The translations under genes were made by a program, and so were the position numbers. DNA of 62,922 nt, filler included, from Reticulomyxa filosa (Eukaryota; Protista; Foraminifera): assembly GCA_000512085.1 (NCBI GenBank). It is 17 parts of 17 records of this genome, joined end to end, with 100 filler letters (N's around TTAATTAATTAA, not from the genome) between each part and the next. Parts side by side here need not be neighbours in the genome. Positions count along the whole stretch, not along the records: positions 48,347 to 50,724 come from ASPP01008669.1; positions 50,825 to 53,074 come from ASPP01023455.1; positions 53,175 to 55,407 come from ASPP01006791.1; positions 55,508 to 58,785 come from ASPP01035289.1; positions 58,886 to 61,362 come from ASPP01004712.1; positions 61,463 to 62,922 come from ASPP01018182.1; 11 more parts are not named here. The stretch is one strand, 5' to 3'. The notes beneath the pieces were generated by a model. It did no database searches. It saw only the letters and a list, made by a program, of their open reading frames with translations, and was not told the origin of the DNA. Below, one piece after another: positions 50,581-62,922 of this stretch; position 1 is the first letter of the stretch, and each line of letters begins with the position of its first letter.

Positions 50581-52060
50581 CTTTTTTTTTATCATTGATA
50601 CGCACACATTTATATACATATAAAATATATATATATATATATATTTATTTTTTTATGTATATGTACGTGCATCGACATCATATTTCTTGCTATTTCCCTT
50701 TTTTTTAAAAAAAAAAAAAAAAAANNNNNNNNNNNNNNNNNNNNNNNNNNNNNNNNNNNNNNNNNNNNTTAATTAATTAANNNNNNNNNNNNNNNNNNNN
50801 NNNNNNNNNNNNNNNNNNNNNNNNAAAAAAAATCTCTTTCTCTAATCAAGATCTCATCGATTTAGGAATGGTCTAACATAAATTTGAAATTAAAAGTTAA
50901 AAAAAGTATTGCTGTTCAAAACAAAAAGGAAACTTCTTATGAATGAATTTTTTTTTGTAATCGCAAACTCTCTTAGTTGTTTTCTAATGATTATTTCCTG
51001 TTATTCTCTTTCTCTTTTTCATCAAAGAAAAATAGTATTTGTCGTACTATCAAAAAATTCGTTCAAGGTAAAAAAAGAGAAAGTGTTTGTGTGTTCAAAA
51101 AAGAAAGAATAGTATTGTCATTGCAAAGATCTGAAATAAAATAAATTAACAGTTCTGTCGTTATCAATTTACGAAGTCATGCAATGCCGTTTTTTTTATC
51201 CATGCTCGATCGACGATTTATTATTTGATCAAAAAAAAAAAAAAAAGCGATTGTATTAATTTAAAAAAAAAAAGAATAGAACGAAAAATACATTGAAATA
51301 AATAAATAAATAGATGATTATTTATGCGTTCATTATGGGTCATTTGATTTGCTACACGATGCTATGTTGTGGCTCTTCATGAGGCTCGTTCTGTTGCTCT
51401 TCATGATGTTCGTTCATGCTGCTTGTTCATGGTACTCTTCCATGAGACTATTATCTCCTCGCTGAGTGTTCCTGCTTCGTGTTCATGTGGTTCTTTTTTT
51501 GGAGCTATTTTTTCATAGTTATTTTTTTTTTTCCATATTGATGTTTGATCGTGCAAGTCCAACTTTTTCTTATCAATTGAACTGATACAACACAAAAACA
51601 AATGCTTGATGATTGTGCGTTAAACGTTTTCAAAAATTGCTTGGTGTCCACGTTTGAAAAAGGATCTTGTACATTTTTGTATTTGCAAAAACAATCTTTT
51701 TTGTTTTAATTAATGAAATCGGATACAACAACAATTCCTCTTTCAAATCAAATTAAAAAAAAGTAATGAAATTCTTTTAAAAAGCACTGACAATATTGAC
51801 ATGACCCAGAAGCGCAAATAAGAATCTAAATTCTTGATACCAAGTGATGAAAAAATTTAGCACAAAGTGTTTATTTTTCATGAAAAAACACAGTTTCAAA
51901 GTGTTTTGTGTAGAACTGCGAGTTGTACGGAGGGGAACTCTAATCTTGAGAAAAGTAACATGATCAATTCTGGCCGTGCAATGGCACAGCTAGGTATGCA
52001 TTTATGCTTTGAAAAATTTATTTGCCATCTTTTTTTCCTGCTGATGTAGGATTGTGCTTG

Positions 52061-53060
52061 GAATTGGATGTTGGACAGCATTTTGTTTGCTGCTGTGCCT
52101 TGGACATGGCGCATACAGCGAAACCATAACCCTTACTGACAAGTATTTTTTGATGGTCAACACGGACAACGTTTTCAAAATACATTTGCAAATGTATGTA
52201 ACTGATTCTGGACGGAAAACAGTTGAGTAAGCAAAGCAGAAAAAAAGACACTCAGGAGGAAAAAAAGATTGTATTATAGCCCTCCCTGTTTTTTTTTAGT
52301 TCCTTTCCCTTTCCTCCCATGAAGAAAATGATGTGAATGCTGGAACAGCTACGGAACACAGAAAAGACCTAAACACGACCATTCCAGAAGAGACAACGAG
52401 TCAGATAGTGAATGCAATAAGTTCGGACTCGGGTGAAACAGCAAATGAATTGATATGCGAAGGCCTGCATTTCGCATCGTTGGAAGAGTGTCGAAAAAAT
52501 ATAACACAAACACAAGACTTGTTAGCCGAGTCTTATTATGTAGAAATCATTGCAATGGACAGTCAAATCTACATTACCAACGAGGTGCTCACCGACTGGG
52601 TATGTGACCATGTGTCTCCACATTTGTAAATGGTATCATTAGAGAGGGGGTCCCCAATATTCATATCTTACATAACATATTATAAAATATATATGTATAT
52701 ATAAAGAAAATAAGTGAGAAAGATGCAAAATGCAATAGTGATTGTTGGCCGGTACAATATATGTATATAATTAAGAATGACTCAGCGGAGTTAGACAAGG
52801 GAATGTGCGAATTTTTGAAGGACAAGGATAACCAAAAAGTGTTGCGATCATTGTTTAGTAAAGGATTGATCGTGAAGACATTAGAGGTGTATCACTCGGA
52901 CTGTCCCAACTCACACAATGTCATCGAAAATGTCCCAATCGTTTTTACTTATGTGATATATGCTGCCGTCGGCACTACTCTCCTCTTGGGTTTCGCTGGT
53001 TGCATCCATGTCTACGCCGTCAAAGCGGATAATATTCGAATCGGGGCCGTCTTTTGTTGG
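52061..53060 (+). CDS. Hypothetical membrane protein, partial, multi-exon
   Basis: Protein-like exons (52333-52629, 52786-53060) separated by AT-rich introns. TM segments VFTYVIYAAVGTTLLLGFAG. Confidence 0.4.
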
Positions 53061-53852
53061 GTAATTATTTTTTANNNNNNNNNNNNNNNNNNNNNNNNNN
53101 NNNNNNNNNNNNNNNNNNTTAATTAATTAANNNNNNNNNNNNNNNNNNNNNNNNNNNNNNNNNNNNNNNNNNNNAAAACACCAACAAACCTTGGAATTTG
53201 ACAAGTAATTGCAACTAAAAAAAAAAAGTAAGGTAAATAAAAATCAAAATAGAAAAATATATAAAGAAATTATAACATAATATAAACAAAGAGGATCAAT
53301 GTGTGAAATATATCAGCAAAGCGTCTTTAACATAAATGATGCTAATAAGTTCAATAATCCAAAAAATGGGAGAAAAAAAGCAATTTCAAACCTCCCAATG
53401 AACAAACAAACAGTGTCGTTTCCGTTTCGCCTTGTTGTCTTTTTTTGTTGTATTTTTGTTTGCTTGTTTGTTTTTTGTTTTTTTTTTGGAAATGTGATTG
53501 AATAGATCATACATATTCTCTGAACTTTGTCGAGCTTCTTACCTATATGGATTACCTCTTAAAAAAAAAGAGAACCCCCTTTTTTCTTTTTTGTTGCACG
53601 CGCATTGAACTGTGGTTTTTCTTTTTTTTTCGTTTGAATTGACATCGTGAAATAAATCACAGCTCATTTTTTGTTTTTCTCGCAACAAAGATTATATACA
53701 TTCGCATTGTAAGATATCAATAAAGAAAATGAATTAAAAGGGTGAAACAAAGAAATTTGGAGTTTGTTTGCGGGGTCTTTTACACTCCATATTTCTATTC
53801 TCTAACTGGATTTCTTGTTTTGTTTTCAGTTAAATTTGTAGTTTTCAAGAAC

Positions 53853-55389
53853 ATGTTGATGTCATTGGAAAAAGGCGCTCTGAAAAGCCTGGGTGAGGAC
53901 AAGCAAGAAATAAACAATGGGCCAAGTGTGGCAGAGTTACGACCTTTGGACGATTGGAAGGCCGACTCACAAACCGAAAGTTTGTATTTGCAACTGAACG
54001 ATCAAGCAAGTGATGAGATGAGCAATCGTCAAGTGCCACCAACTATTGCATTGTCTCTGTCCGGCTTGGTATCAGGCGAATCAACAATTTCCGATACAAA
54101 GAAATGTGAGGATTCCGAAGAAAACGGCGATATAGTCAGTCATGCATACAAAGACAAACCGGTATACGACGTAATAGGACCAATTATGGATGGGACCACA
54201 TGTCAATTATTTGCAGTGCAATGTAAAAATGGAAATACTGTTAATGGTGACCGCTACGTGATGAAAGCAATACCAGTTCTTTTTCTGCTCATATTTTTTT
54301 TGTTGGTTTATTTTTTTAAAAAACGTTTTTTTTTGTTTGTTTGACAATATCGGAAAAAAAAAAAATGGTATGATACATATATCAGAAACGCTCAGAGATA
54401 AGCGCAAGGCAGTTCAACACGGAGTGCGCATTATTAAAACTGTGCACTGGTATTGAAGAAATAATTCAGTTTGAAGTGCACACGTTTTTTTTTTTTTTTT
54501 GTTTTACAAAAACAGAAACAAAAAAAATGGACTTTTTTTTTTTTTTTTTGAAAAATTTTGGATGCAAACAAAAACGTTACAGAATAAAAGATTGGTTTGA
54601 AGATGACCATTATCATTACATTGTGACAGAAGCTGGATTATACGATTTGTATTGTTAAGTGTTTTTTTTTAAAAAAAAAAAAAAATTTGTTAATTAATTT
54701 ATATACATATTTTTTTTTTGTCTGTTTGTGTGCTATTATTGCAACTAGCAATAATGGGTAAAAAGTTGCATTTGAAAACGATAAAAAGTGTGATCAGACA
54801 ATTGTTACGAGCGTTGGTAAAACTGCACAAAGTGGGTATTGTTCACCGGGATATGAAGCCGGAAAATGTAGTGGTAATGGGCAACGAAAAGCCAAAGGGT
54901 GCTGGAAAAAAAAGCAAAAGGGACAGAAAAAAAAAAGTGAAAGTGATTGACTTTGGATCAGGTCTTTGTTTGTCGAATGACAAAGCATTAAATGAGTGTG
55001 TCGACAGTCAATGGGTCGGTACTTTGAATTACATGGCTCCAGAAAAGTTTGCTCCCCATCCTTTGTGGCAGATGTTTTCCGCCGACGTGTGGAGTATCGG
55101 TGTGATATGCTATGAGATGTTCTTTCAAATGCGCTTGTTCCCGGTCCGTGCTTCGTCCTGCTTTTTAAAAGGTCGAATCACCACTGGAACGTGGACCTTT
55201 CCATCCGATTGCCGTCATGTCTCATCTGTCGCTAAGCACTTTATCCAGTCCCTGCTAGCTATCAATCCAAATCGGCGTTGTACCGCTTACCATGCCTTGG
55301 CCCACCCTTTCTTAAGTAAGCGTTTTTATAGCACTTGCTTCGAGTGGCAGTCCCAATGCTCTACTTATGCCCCAAACTCTTTGCAGTGA
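53853..55389 (+). CDS. Ser/Thr protein kinase (CAMK-like), multi-exon
   Basis: YVMKAIP, IKDWFEDDHYHYIVTE, HRDMKPEN, DFG, GTLNYMAPE, DVWSIGVI and LLAINPNRRCTAYHALAHPFL. Confidence 0.9.
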
Positions 55390-56929
55390 CCCTTTTTTTT
55401 TTTTTTTNNNNNNNNNNNNNNNNNNNNNNNNNNNNNNNNNNNNNNNNNNNNTTAATTAATTAANNNNNNNNNNNNNNNNNNNNNNNNNNNNNNNNNNNNN
55501 NNNNNNNTCATTGGTGCTGCAGTGAGTTCCCAGCGATATTGGCAATTGTAATAGCAACGGCAGCAGTAGCAATATCGATGCTGCAGTAAATGAAAGTAAA
55601 ACTGCAACTTATGGTCGAATTGTTGCTGAGGAAATCCAATATGTGGTCAATTCATGGAAGCCGCATTACAGCGCACGCATCTATCATTTCTCCAATAAAT
55701 ATATTTGTTCATCATTGAACAAATTTCTATTAATGATGGCGTGTATCAAATATGGGCCATGCTATTATATTTTGAAAAATTATACGTGCAACCTATTTCC
55801 AAGTTATAATGTTTTTTTGTAATGTGATTGAAATGTGTATGACAATGCACACGTATATAACATAGGTCTTCAAAGGATACAATACCTATCTATCAAGAAA
55901 TTGGAAAGTTTCTGTGGTGCCATGCAAGGGTGAAGCGAAGTGCAAACAATGCCAAATTTGTGGCATATTTGATCGCGAGTATTTAACACTTGCCTCAAGT
56001 TTTTTTTATTGGAAAAATTTGTTTTTTATGTGAATTGTTTTTTTTATTTTCTTTTATGATAATTGTAATGTCCCATCTCCAGCTCACCTGACTTCTTTAA
56101 TCAAATTATACTCATCACAAAAAATTTCTGAACTTAATATTTTAATCTAAAAGAAAGCGCGTTGGACTGTGCGAAATAGGAACCGATTCTTGTCACTATT
56201 GGCAAAAAAGACTTCGAGTAGTATCTTCTTGCTGTCATTTATGAGTGGATAACAAGAAGAATACATATAACAGAAAGGATTGTTGCGATAAAAAGATATG
56301 TTGAACAAGATACTAGAATATTGTATTAAGGAAAAAAGAATAAAAGCAGTGATTGTATTAACCTGTTCATGATCGGGTCATATTCAAATGTAGGCATCAA
56401 AACTATATTTCAATTGTAGTAGTTTTCATTAGAAAAAAAATAAAAAGTTATTCTTATTGTGCTATTTTTTCTCCTGCATATTTCATAGATGCTAAAAAAG
56501 ATAATACTGAGAGGAAACAGAGGAAGAGAAACTTTATATTGTTCTGGCGGCAAGCCCGACAGCTGTGTCACTTCATTTTTTTTGTATTGTCTTTACAAAG
56601 GGCGTGTTTTAGTTGCCAACAACTCACTCTTGATTTTCCGTATGGATCATTCATTTTTATACGTTTGTCGGGAGTGTTGCTCTCCGTATTGACTGCTATC
56701 TTTTTTTGGCTTCCCTCCACAGTGGCCATAGACCACGCCAAATGCGGTCAATGACATGGCAGTGTATCACATGGATCGGTATGACTCGATGTGATCTGAC
56801 ACTCTAACTTTGAAATGAGAATCGTAAATACGATGTGTGTTCAAACAGCAATTATACACTTATCCAATTTGACAATGTTTTTCTATTCAACGAACATTTT
56901 TTATCTTGCATTGCACTGGTCTCTTTCAC

Positions 56930-58030
56930 ATTTAGTCATTCCTAGGCAAAACAAAAGATGTAGCCAGTTTCCTCAGTGATTCCAATGAAACGAATGACAC
57001 CATTTTGAAACGTGAAAACCGAATGTCATCTCCGACTTTGAAAAGAATAGAGTCGGCAGGATAATTTCTTGTGTTGACGATTGCAGCGCAAATCCTAAGT
57101 TTTCGACAAGATCGGATAGGCAAGTGATATAATCACGTCCCCACATACAATCAAAAATAGGAACGCCATTGACACTGGACTTTTCAAGAGATGTGCTGAT
57201 TAGGATTGTGCATGGACTGATGACAGTCTTTCCACAATTCTGTCATCTTTGTGCTTTCTAGAATCCACGGTCTTGCTTGGTGACAAAGTACACCTTGTTG
57301 TTCACAGTGCCGTCGTTGGCATTGTAATGCAAATTGTCCAACTGCACTCCAAATCCACTTGCTATCCAAAAAATCTGTTTTGCCATAAAAATACTTTTCT
57401 TCACACACGTTGCTGTTGTGTCCATTTGGATCCCTTTGTGTCTGTCACTTGTGATTACATAATCTTGCTCTTCAAAATACGTGCCCAAATTGGCCACGTC
57501 AAAGTTTTCAAAGGCCATAGATCATTGCTTCAAAATATTGTCCATAAAATGCCAAGCATTTCCCTGTCGTCAAAGCTGACCGACCCCCGCCCCTCCTCAC
57601 ACATACAAATACAACCTTGCCAATATATCGCCCGTGTCGAGAATAACTGCGCAACTTTTTCTAGAAGACGTTTTTGTAGACTTATGATTTGTCCATGTCG
57701 CTGTAGTTCAATTTGTGCTTGCTTTAAGCAGATTGTTATATGCTTAATGATTTTGACAATTTCGGAGAGCTTTGCAAAATACCCACGATCGTCAGCGACG
57801 GTAAAAAGACCATTGAGATTCCATGAGTCCGTTTCGATATCAATTATTTCAAGATTCGTCGCTCACAGAGCCAATATACTTTATCTTGCCGATCCGTCCT
57901 TGCATCAATCTCGTCCGATTTTGCAACTAAAGTACCACTTTCCATTTTTCGATCCATTCGTTGAGTTCCACACCGACAAACTTTTCACTTTTGCCACAGT
58001 ATCTGACAATCTAAAACCCTAAACAGTTTC
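56930..58030 (-). pseudogene. Decayed multi-CAP-Gly domain protein
   Basis: Across shifting frames: IVRYCGK...FVGVELNEW...KNGKWYFSCKIGR, KVKYIGSV...GLFTVADDRGYF, FYGKTDFLDSKWI/GVQLDNLHYNANDGTVNNKVYFVTKQDRGF and SVNGVPIFDC. Many stops and frameshifts. Confidence 0.7.
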
Positions 58031-58885
58031 AATCCAAAAAGTTTTTACAAAATGATGTGTCCCTCCCAAAAAAAAAAACATCTCAACTCCTTCAATCCAC
58101 TCTTCAACACGTAATTCTGCCCACATCACACTTCTGTGCGTGCACATTTTCACTATTGAGTCAACATCATCGCGGTTAACATTCAAAGTATTTTTTTTCA
58201 TTCAGTCATCAAATGAGATTATTTTGTCAATACATCCTACACATTCCACATTAACATTTCTGGATAGTTAATGTATTAAAACATTAGATTTGAAATATTT
58301 TGAAATGAATTTGATCACAATAAAGCAATAAAAATACATAAAAACATGACCATACTAAACAGATTGAATGAAACAACAAAAAAATTGATGTACTCTCTTG
58401 ATTGTGAAGATAGATGTACAACGTCAACCTGCATGTTGTCAATGTCAGTAGAGATCACAATAGGAAAGCTTATTTGTTTGGGCCATGATAATACCACCTT
58501 TTTTTTGAATGGTGTTATTATCTTGGGTGTATTGGGTTTACACTGGTTCTTTTCTTTTTTTTTTGGCAGCTGCTGCACTTTGCAGAGGAATATGTTGGTG
58601 AAGGAACTCTTCATGTTGTATACTTTGGCTTGTTAGGCTGTTTGAAGAGTGCTAACCACATTCGAATGCACAAGAGAACTTTTTCTAAAAAGGGAAACTT
58701 TTCTCTTCAACAGGAAAACCACTACTCAAAAAAAAAGTAACGGTTCATTCCAAAAAAACAATTTTAATTTTCAATTATCTGTAATNNNNNNNNNNNNNNN
58801 NNNNNNNNNNNNNNNNNNNNNNNNNNNNNTTAATTAATTAANNNNNNNNNNNNNNNNNNNNNNNNNNNNNNNNNNNNNNNNNNNN

Positions 58886-61362
58886 CAACAACAACAACAA
58901 CAACAACAACAACAGCAACAACAAGAAAGAGCCAATGCCAAAGTCAAGACATTGATTCACACAAAGTCAAACGCAAAGACAAAGAAATTACAAAGCAACG
59001 AACACACAAAAGCAAATGCAAATGCAAATGCAAATGCAAAAAGGATAAAAGCCAGAGCAAAGGCACAGACAAGAGAGCAGGATAGAGCGAGAGCGAAAGC
59101 CAAGTCAATAGCGAGAGCAAACTCCACTCGAAACACGAAAACGAAAACCAGAACGAAGATGGTGACAGACACAAAGGCAAAGGCGACAGTAAAGCAGTCA
59201 TGCGATCAGCAGGAGAGCAGGAGCAACAGTATGCGACATAAGCTGCAAAAGAACGGCAATCGAGGTCGAAGTCGAAATAAAAGTCGCAGTCGTAGTCGAA
59301 GTCGAAGTCGAAAAAGAAATGGGAGCAGAAGTAAAAGTAGGGGCAAAAGCAAAAGTAAAAGTAAAAGTAAGAGCAAAAGCAAGAGTAAGAGTAAGAGTAA
59401 GAGTAAAAGCAAGAGTAAGAGTAAGAGTAAAAGCAAAAGCAAAAGCAACAATAACAACAGCAGAAGCAGATCAAGAACTCAATACAAACGATGGCAGAAT
59501 CGATCAAATAGCAATCGAGATCACAGACATCATCGGCCAAAGAAACACGGCGAAGGATCAAATTACTTATCTCACAGCTCGAAACTTGCAAAGAATCAAT
59601 CTTTGGCTGGTCGCAATTGGAATTCGAATGAACAATATGATCCCTCAGAACCCTTTGCCAATTTGCATCTTGAACACAGACACACGTCAGATACCATCCG
59701 GTAAATAGTCGTATGTCTATTTCGTCCATTTCTTTTGTTTTTGATTTTCTTGTTCGTCAATGGCAATTCGCGGTCATACGTGTGCACGTGTCGTATGTTT
59801 CACAGAGAAATTGTAATGGAAGACAGTTCGAGAACAAAGGAAAGAAAACTGGTTCAAGTCCAATTGGAAAACAAAAATTCTAGCTCTGTTTTGCATCCTG
59901 ATTTTATTATTTCTCTCGGCGAAGACAATTGCAAAGACCAACATGGATATTCTCGACGTGTTGTGGATCGAATGGACGTGGATCGAGAAAGGAATCAGGG
60001 CGGACCATATTCGGATAAGAGAAGTGTAAATGCCATTGTCATTCCAACCACCCCACCTCCTGGCAAAGAAGAGTCTCCTGCATTGCACGTTCCTGTCATG
60101 GATCCTTCGCACTCACATTATTCTCACAGTCCCAATACTGCTGCTGACTATGATCACAAGGCCAGCCTTTCCGCGCCGTCGTCACCACCACCACCATCAC
60201 CACCATCATTACAACAGCAACAACAACAACAACCTCTTTTGAGAGAGTTGATGGCAAGGAAGTGTGATCAAATGATCATCACTAATCCAAACGAGGTAAA
60301 TTTTTATTCTTTCTTGCATGTTCATTCAATTGCACATTTTCATTATTGTGGACGATCCCTCGTTAAAAAAAAAAAATAAATAAAAAAATAACATTGTACA
60401 TTGAAACAATACAGTCTTTGGTAGGCGAAGACTGGAATATATGTTGGAATTTCTTTTCAATGTACGGCTGTCGACGTGGCATAAATTGCCATTGGAAACA
60501 CACAATGCCAGTGAACCCGACGGTGCAATTCAAAATTCTCCCTCCTGCCAAACAGGACAAAGAGGTATTGAGAGATGTGTATTTACGCAACTGTCCAAAG
60601 ACAGTCAAAACAGCAATTGCGACGACCGCTTTGCTCTCTCAAAATATGAACACAAATCAAAATGTTTCCGCCAATGAAAAAAAACCGGAAGACATATTAG
60701 AACCTGAATTGGTAGAGATGCTACAGAAAATCAAAGCACAAGATGTTACCAATCCATCCGACTTTCAAACCTTTTTCAATAAACAAACTGATCACATTGT
60801 TCAATCCACTTATTATCCGACCAATCCTTATTTTGCGCCGATTAATATGTCCATCATCTTCCAGTTAACTACATATCAAACGTTTTCTCTTTTCTAAAAT
60901 AAATGCCAGAATTGAAATGCGTGTGAGTACACAGTGGAGTCAATCCTTGGAAGTCACCCGCAGCGCGACACATACCCGGAGGCAATATAGAGGGCGTGGC
61001 CAAAGTGTCATTTGACCCTTACCATTCCTCCTCTTCTTATTTTCACAAAGGCAAGTATTTTCGAAAGAAGAAGTGGTCTGGCCACGATCACATGTCGAGC
61101 AAGCACTCACATCACTCCAAGTTCTATGACGCTCAAAGTGACAGCGCTGTCGTAGATGCAGCTGCACAGATGTCCTCCAGTACGGATCACAATCATGGCG
61201 CATGTAATGAATCCAATGATCAAATGCAAACGCAATCCATATCTGATTTCAACTCAAATGTAAATACCAATTCCAATGTCAGTTCAATTTCAATTCCAAT
61301 TCTGATTTCAATTCCAGTTCCAATTCCAACTCGAATTCTAATTTCAACTCCAACTCCAATTT
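58886..61362 (+). CDS. Low-complexity SR/SK-repeat protein with a CCCH zinc finger, partial, multi-exon
   Basis: Exon with (SR)n then (SK)n dipeptides, a Pro/Gln-rich exon, and CWNFFSMYGCRRGINCHWKH (C-x8-C-x5-C-x3-H). It ends in (NS)n-type hexamer repeats. Confidence 0.7.
59262..59450 (+). repeat. Hexanucleotide tandem repeat (AGTCGA, then AGTAAA/AGCAAA/AGTAAG) encoding RS and SK dipeptides
   Basis: Directly visible periodic 6-nt repeat. Confidence 0.9.
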
Positions 61363-61462
61363 NNNNNNNNNNNNNNNNNNNNNNNNNNNNNNNNNNNNNN
61401 NNNNNNTTAATTAATTAANNNNNNNNNNNNNNNNNNNNNNNNNNNNNNNNNNNNNNNNNNNN

Positions 61463-62207
61463 TACCAGTACGGTAATACTGGCCAGCGCGTTGATCTCGG
61501 GGTTCAGCCCAGACGCACTTTGGAGAAGATCACCTGCGGCAGCGTGGTGGACCCCGGGCCGGACAGGAAGGCGGTGGTGACCAGATCATCCAGCGACAGC
61601 GTGACCGACAGCAGGAAACCGGAGGCAATAGCCTGCGACACCAGCGGCAAAGTGATCACGAAGAAGATCTTCAACGGGCGGGCACCCAGGTCCATGGCTG
61701 CGTCTTCCAGGCTCTTGTCGATCTCCAGCAAGCGCGAACGCACCACCACCGCCACGTAGGCCATGCATAGCGTGGTATGGCCCACCCAGATGGTGAAGAA
61801 GCCGCGGTCGGTCGGCACGCCGATCAACTGCTGCAACGAGATGAACAGCAGCAGCATGGACAGGCCGGTAATGACTTCGGGCATCACCATCGGCGCCGTC
61901 ATCATGCCGGCAAACAGCGTACTGCCGGGAAAGCGCTTGAAGCGCGCCAGTACGAAACCGGCGATCGTCCCCAGGATGACGGCGGCCGTGGCGCTGGCCA
62001 GCGCGATCTGGATAGAGAGCTTCACCGCCGACATGATCTGCTCGTTGTTGAACAGCGAGACATACCACTTGGTGGAGAAGCCGCCCCATACCGTCACCAG
62101 CTTGGAGTCGTTGAACGAGTACACGATCAGGCTGACGATGGGGATGTACAGGAACAGGAACCCCACACCAGCACGCCCTTGAGGAATGGCGACAGTTTGT
62201 TATGCAT
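61463..62207 (-). CDS. potI: Bacterial putrescine ABC transporter permease PotI, 3'-truncated; apparent 1-nt deletions at ~62169 and ~61509
   Basis: FLYIPIVSLIVYSFNDSKLVTVWGGFSTKWY, APMVMPEVITGLS, EAA loop LEDAAMDLGARP, and ...RLG(LNPEINALA). GGAGG RBS at 62216-62220 precedes ATG 62207. Confidence 0.9.
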
Positions 62208-62922
62208 TGCCTTTACCTCCAGCTCGCGCGTCTCGTAACGGTGCAGCAGCGCGATCGGCACGATCAGCATCAGTACCATGATGATGGCCACCGCCGACGC
62301 CATCGGCCAGTTGTTGTTATCGAAGAACTCGTTCCACAGCACCTTGCCGATCATCAGCGTATCGGTACCCCCCACCAGTTCCGGAATCACGAACTCGCCT
62401 ACCGCCGGAATGAACACCATCATCGAACCGGCGATGATGCCGTTTTTGGACAGCGGCAAGGTGATGGTAAAGAACGCCTTGATCGGCCCGGCCCCCAGGT
62501 CGGCCGCCGCTTCCAGCAAGCGCATGTCCATCTTCACCAGGTGCGAGAACAGCGGCAGGATCATGAACGGCAAATAGGCGTAGACCATGACCAGGTACAG
62601 CGAGAAATCGTTGTGGAACAAGTGCAGCGGCTCGCTGATCAGCCCGATGGACAACAGGAAGTTATTGATCAGGCCGGTTTCGTTCAGCAAGCCCATCCAG
62701 GCGTAGACACGCAGCAGGAAAGACGTCCAGAACGGCAGCATCACCAGCATCAGCAGCACGTTACGACGCGCCGGGTCGGCACGCGCGATGGCGTAGGCAA
62801 TGGGGTAGCCGATCAGCAGGCACATGACCGTGGTAAAGAACGCCACCTTCAATGAAGACAGGTAAGTGGCGGCGTACAGGCCATCGGTGAAGATGAAATG
62901 GAAGTTGCCAAAGTACAGTGTC
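62200..62922 (-). CDS. potH: Bacterial putrescine ABC transporter permease PotH, 5'-truncated
   Basis: CLLIGYPIAYAI, LPFWTSFLLRVYAW, YLPFMILPL, LLEAAADLGA, FIPAVGEFVIPELVGG and WNEFFDNNNWPMASA. It lies directly upstream of potI in a GC-rich contig. Confidence 0.9.

Noticed and set aside
57249-58022. 257-aa plus-strand ORF
   Set aside because: It has no recognisable motifs and is the antisense of the decayed CAP-Gly gene.

Overview
This window is not one locus. It is 17 short contigs joined by artificial 100-nt spacers (N-run + TTAATTAATTAA + N-run, which puts stops in all six frames). Fifteen contigs come from a very AT-rich, intron-containing eukaryote. The kelch-family signature, poly-A/poly-T/(TA)n introns and many decayed genes suggest a foraminiferan such as Reticulomyxa (inference). 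Two contigs are GC-rich bacterial DNA: a cysteine synthase gene and potH-potI. Recognisable eukaryotic genes: a kelch protein, Aladin/AAAS, a 7TM protein, 6-phosphogluconate dehydrogenase, an SGNH hydrolase, an inositol polyphosphate 5-phosphatase, flavocytochrome b2, an intronless vWA + papain-protease + Zn-ribbon protein, a 7TM-RGS protein, a Rab5 first exon, PP1, PPP4R1, a Ser/Thr kinase and an SR/SK-repeat CCCH protein. Decayed HECTD1-type discoidin, multi-CAP-Gly and Tc1/mariner sequences are also present. Most interesting: (1) the vWA-C1 protease-Zn ribbon fusion; (2) introns whose 3' acceptor follows a poly-A tract rather than a polypyrimidine tract; (3) a presequence-less flavocytochrome b2 ending in a PTS1-like SKM; (4) an EW-signature (cyanobacterial/plant-type) gnd; (5) a ~4 kb foldback with near-identical tips; (6) a 113-bp segment present in both orientations between micro inverted repeats; (7) a ~75-bp element ~310-340 bp upstream of two unrelated genes; (8) an orphan Rab5 exon. 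Several single-base frameshifts sit in homopolymers and look like sequencing errors. All family calls are from motif recognition by eye, not database searches.
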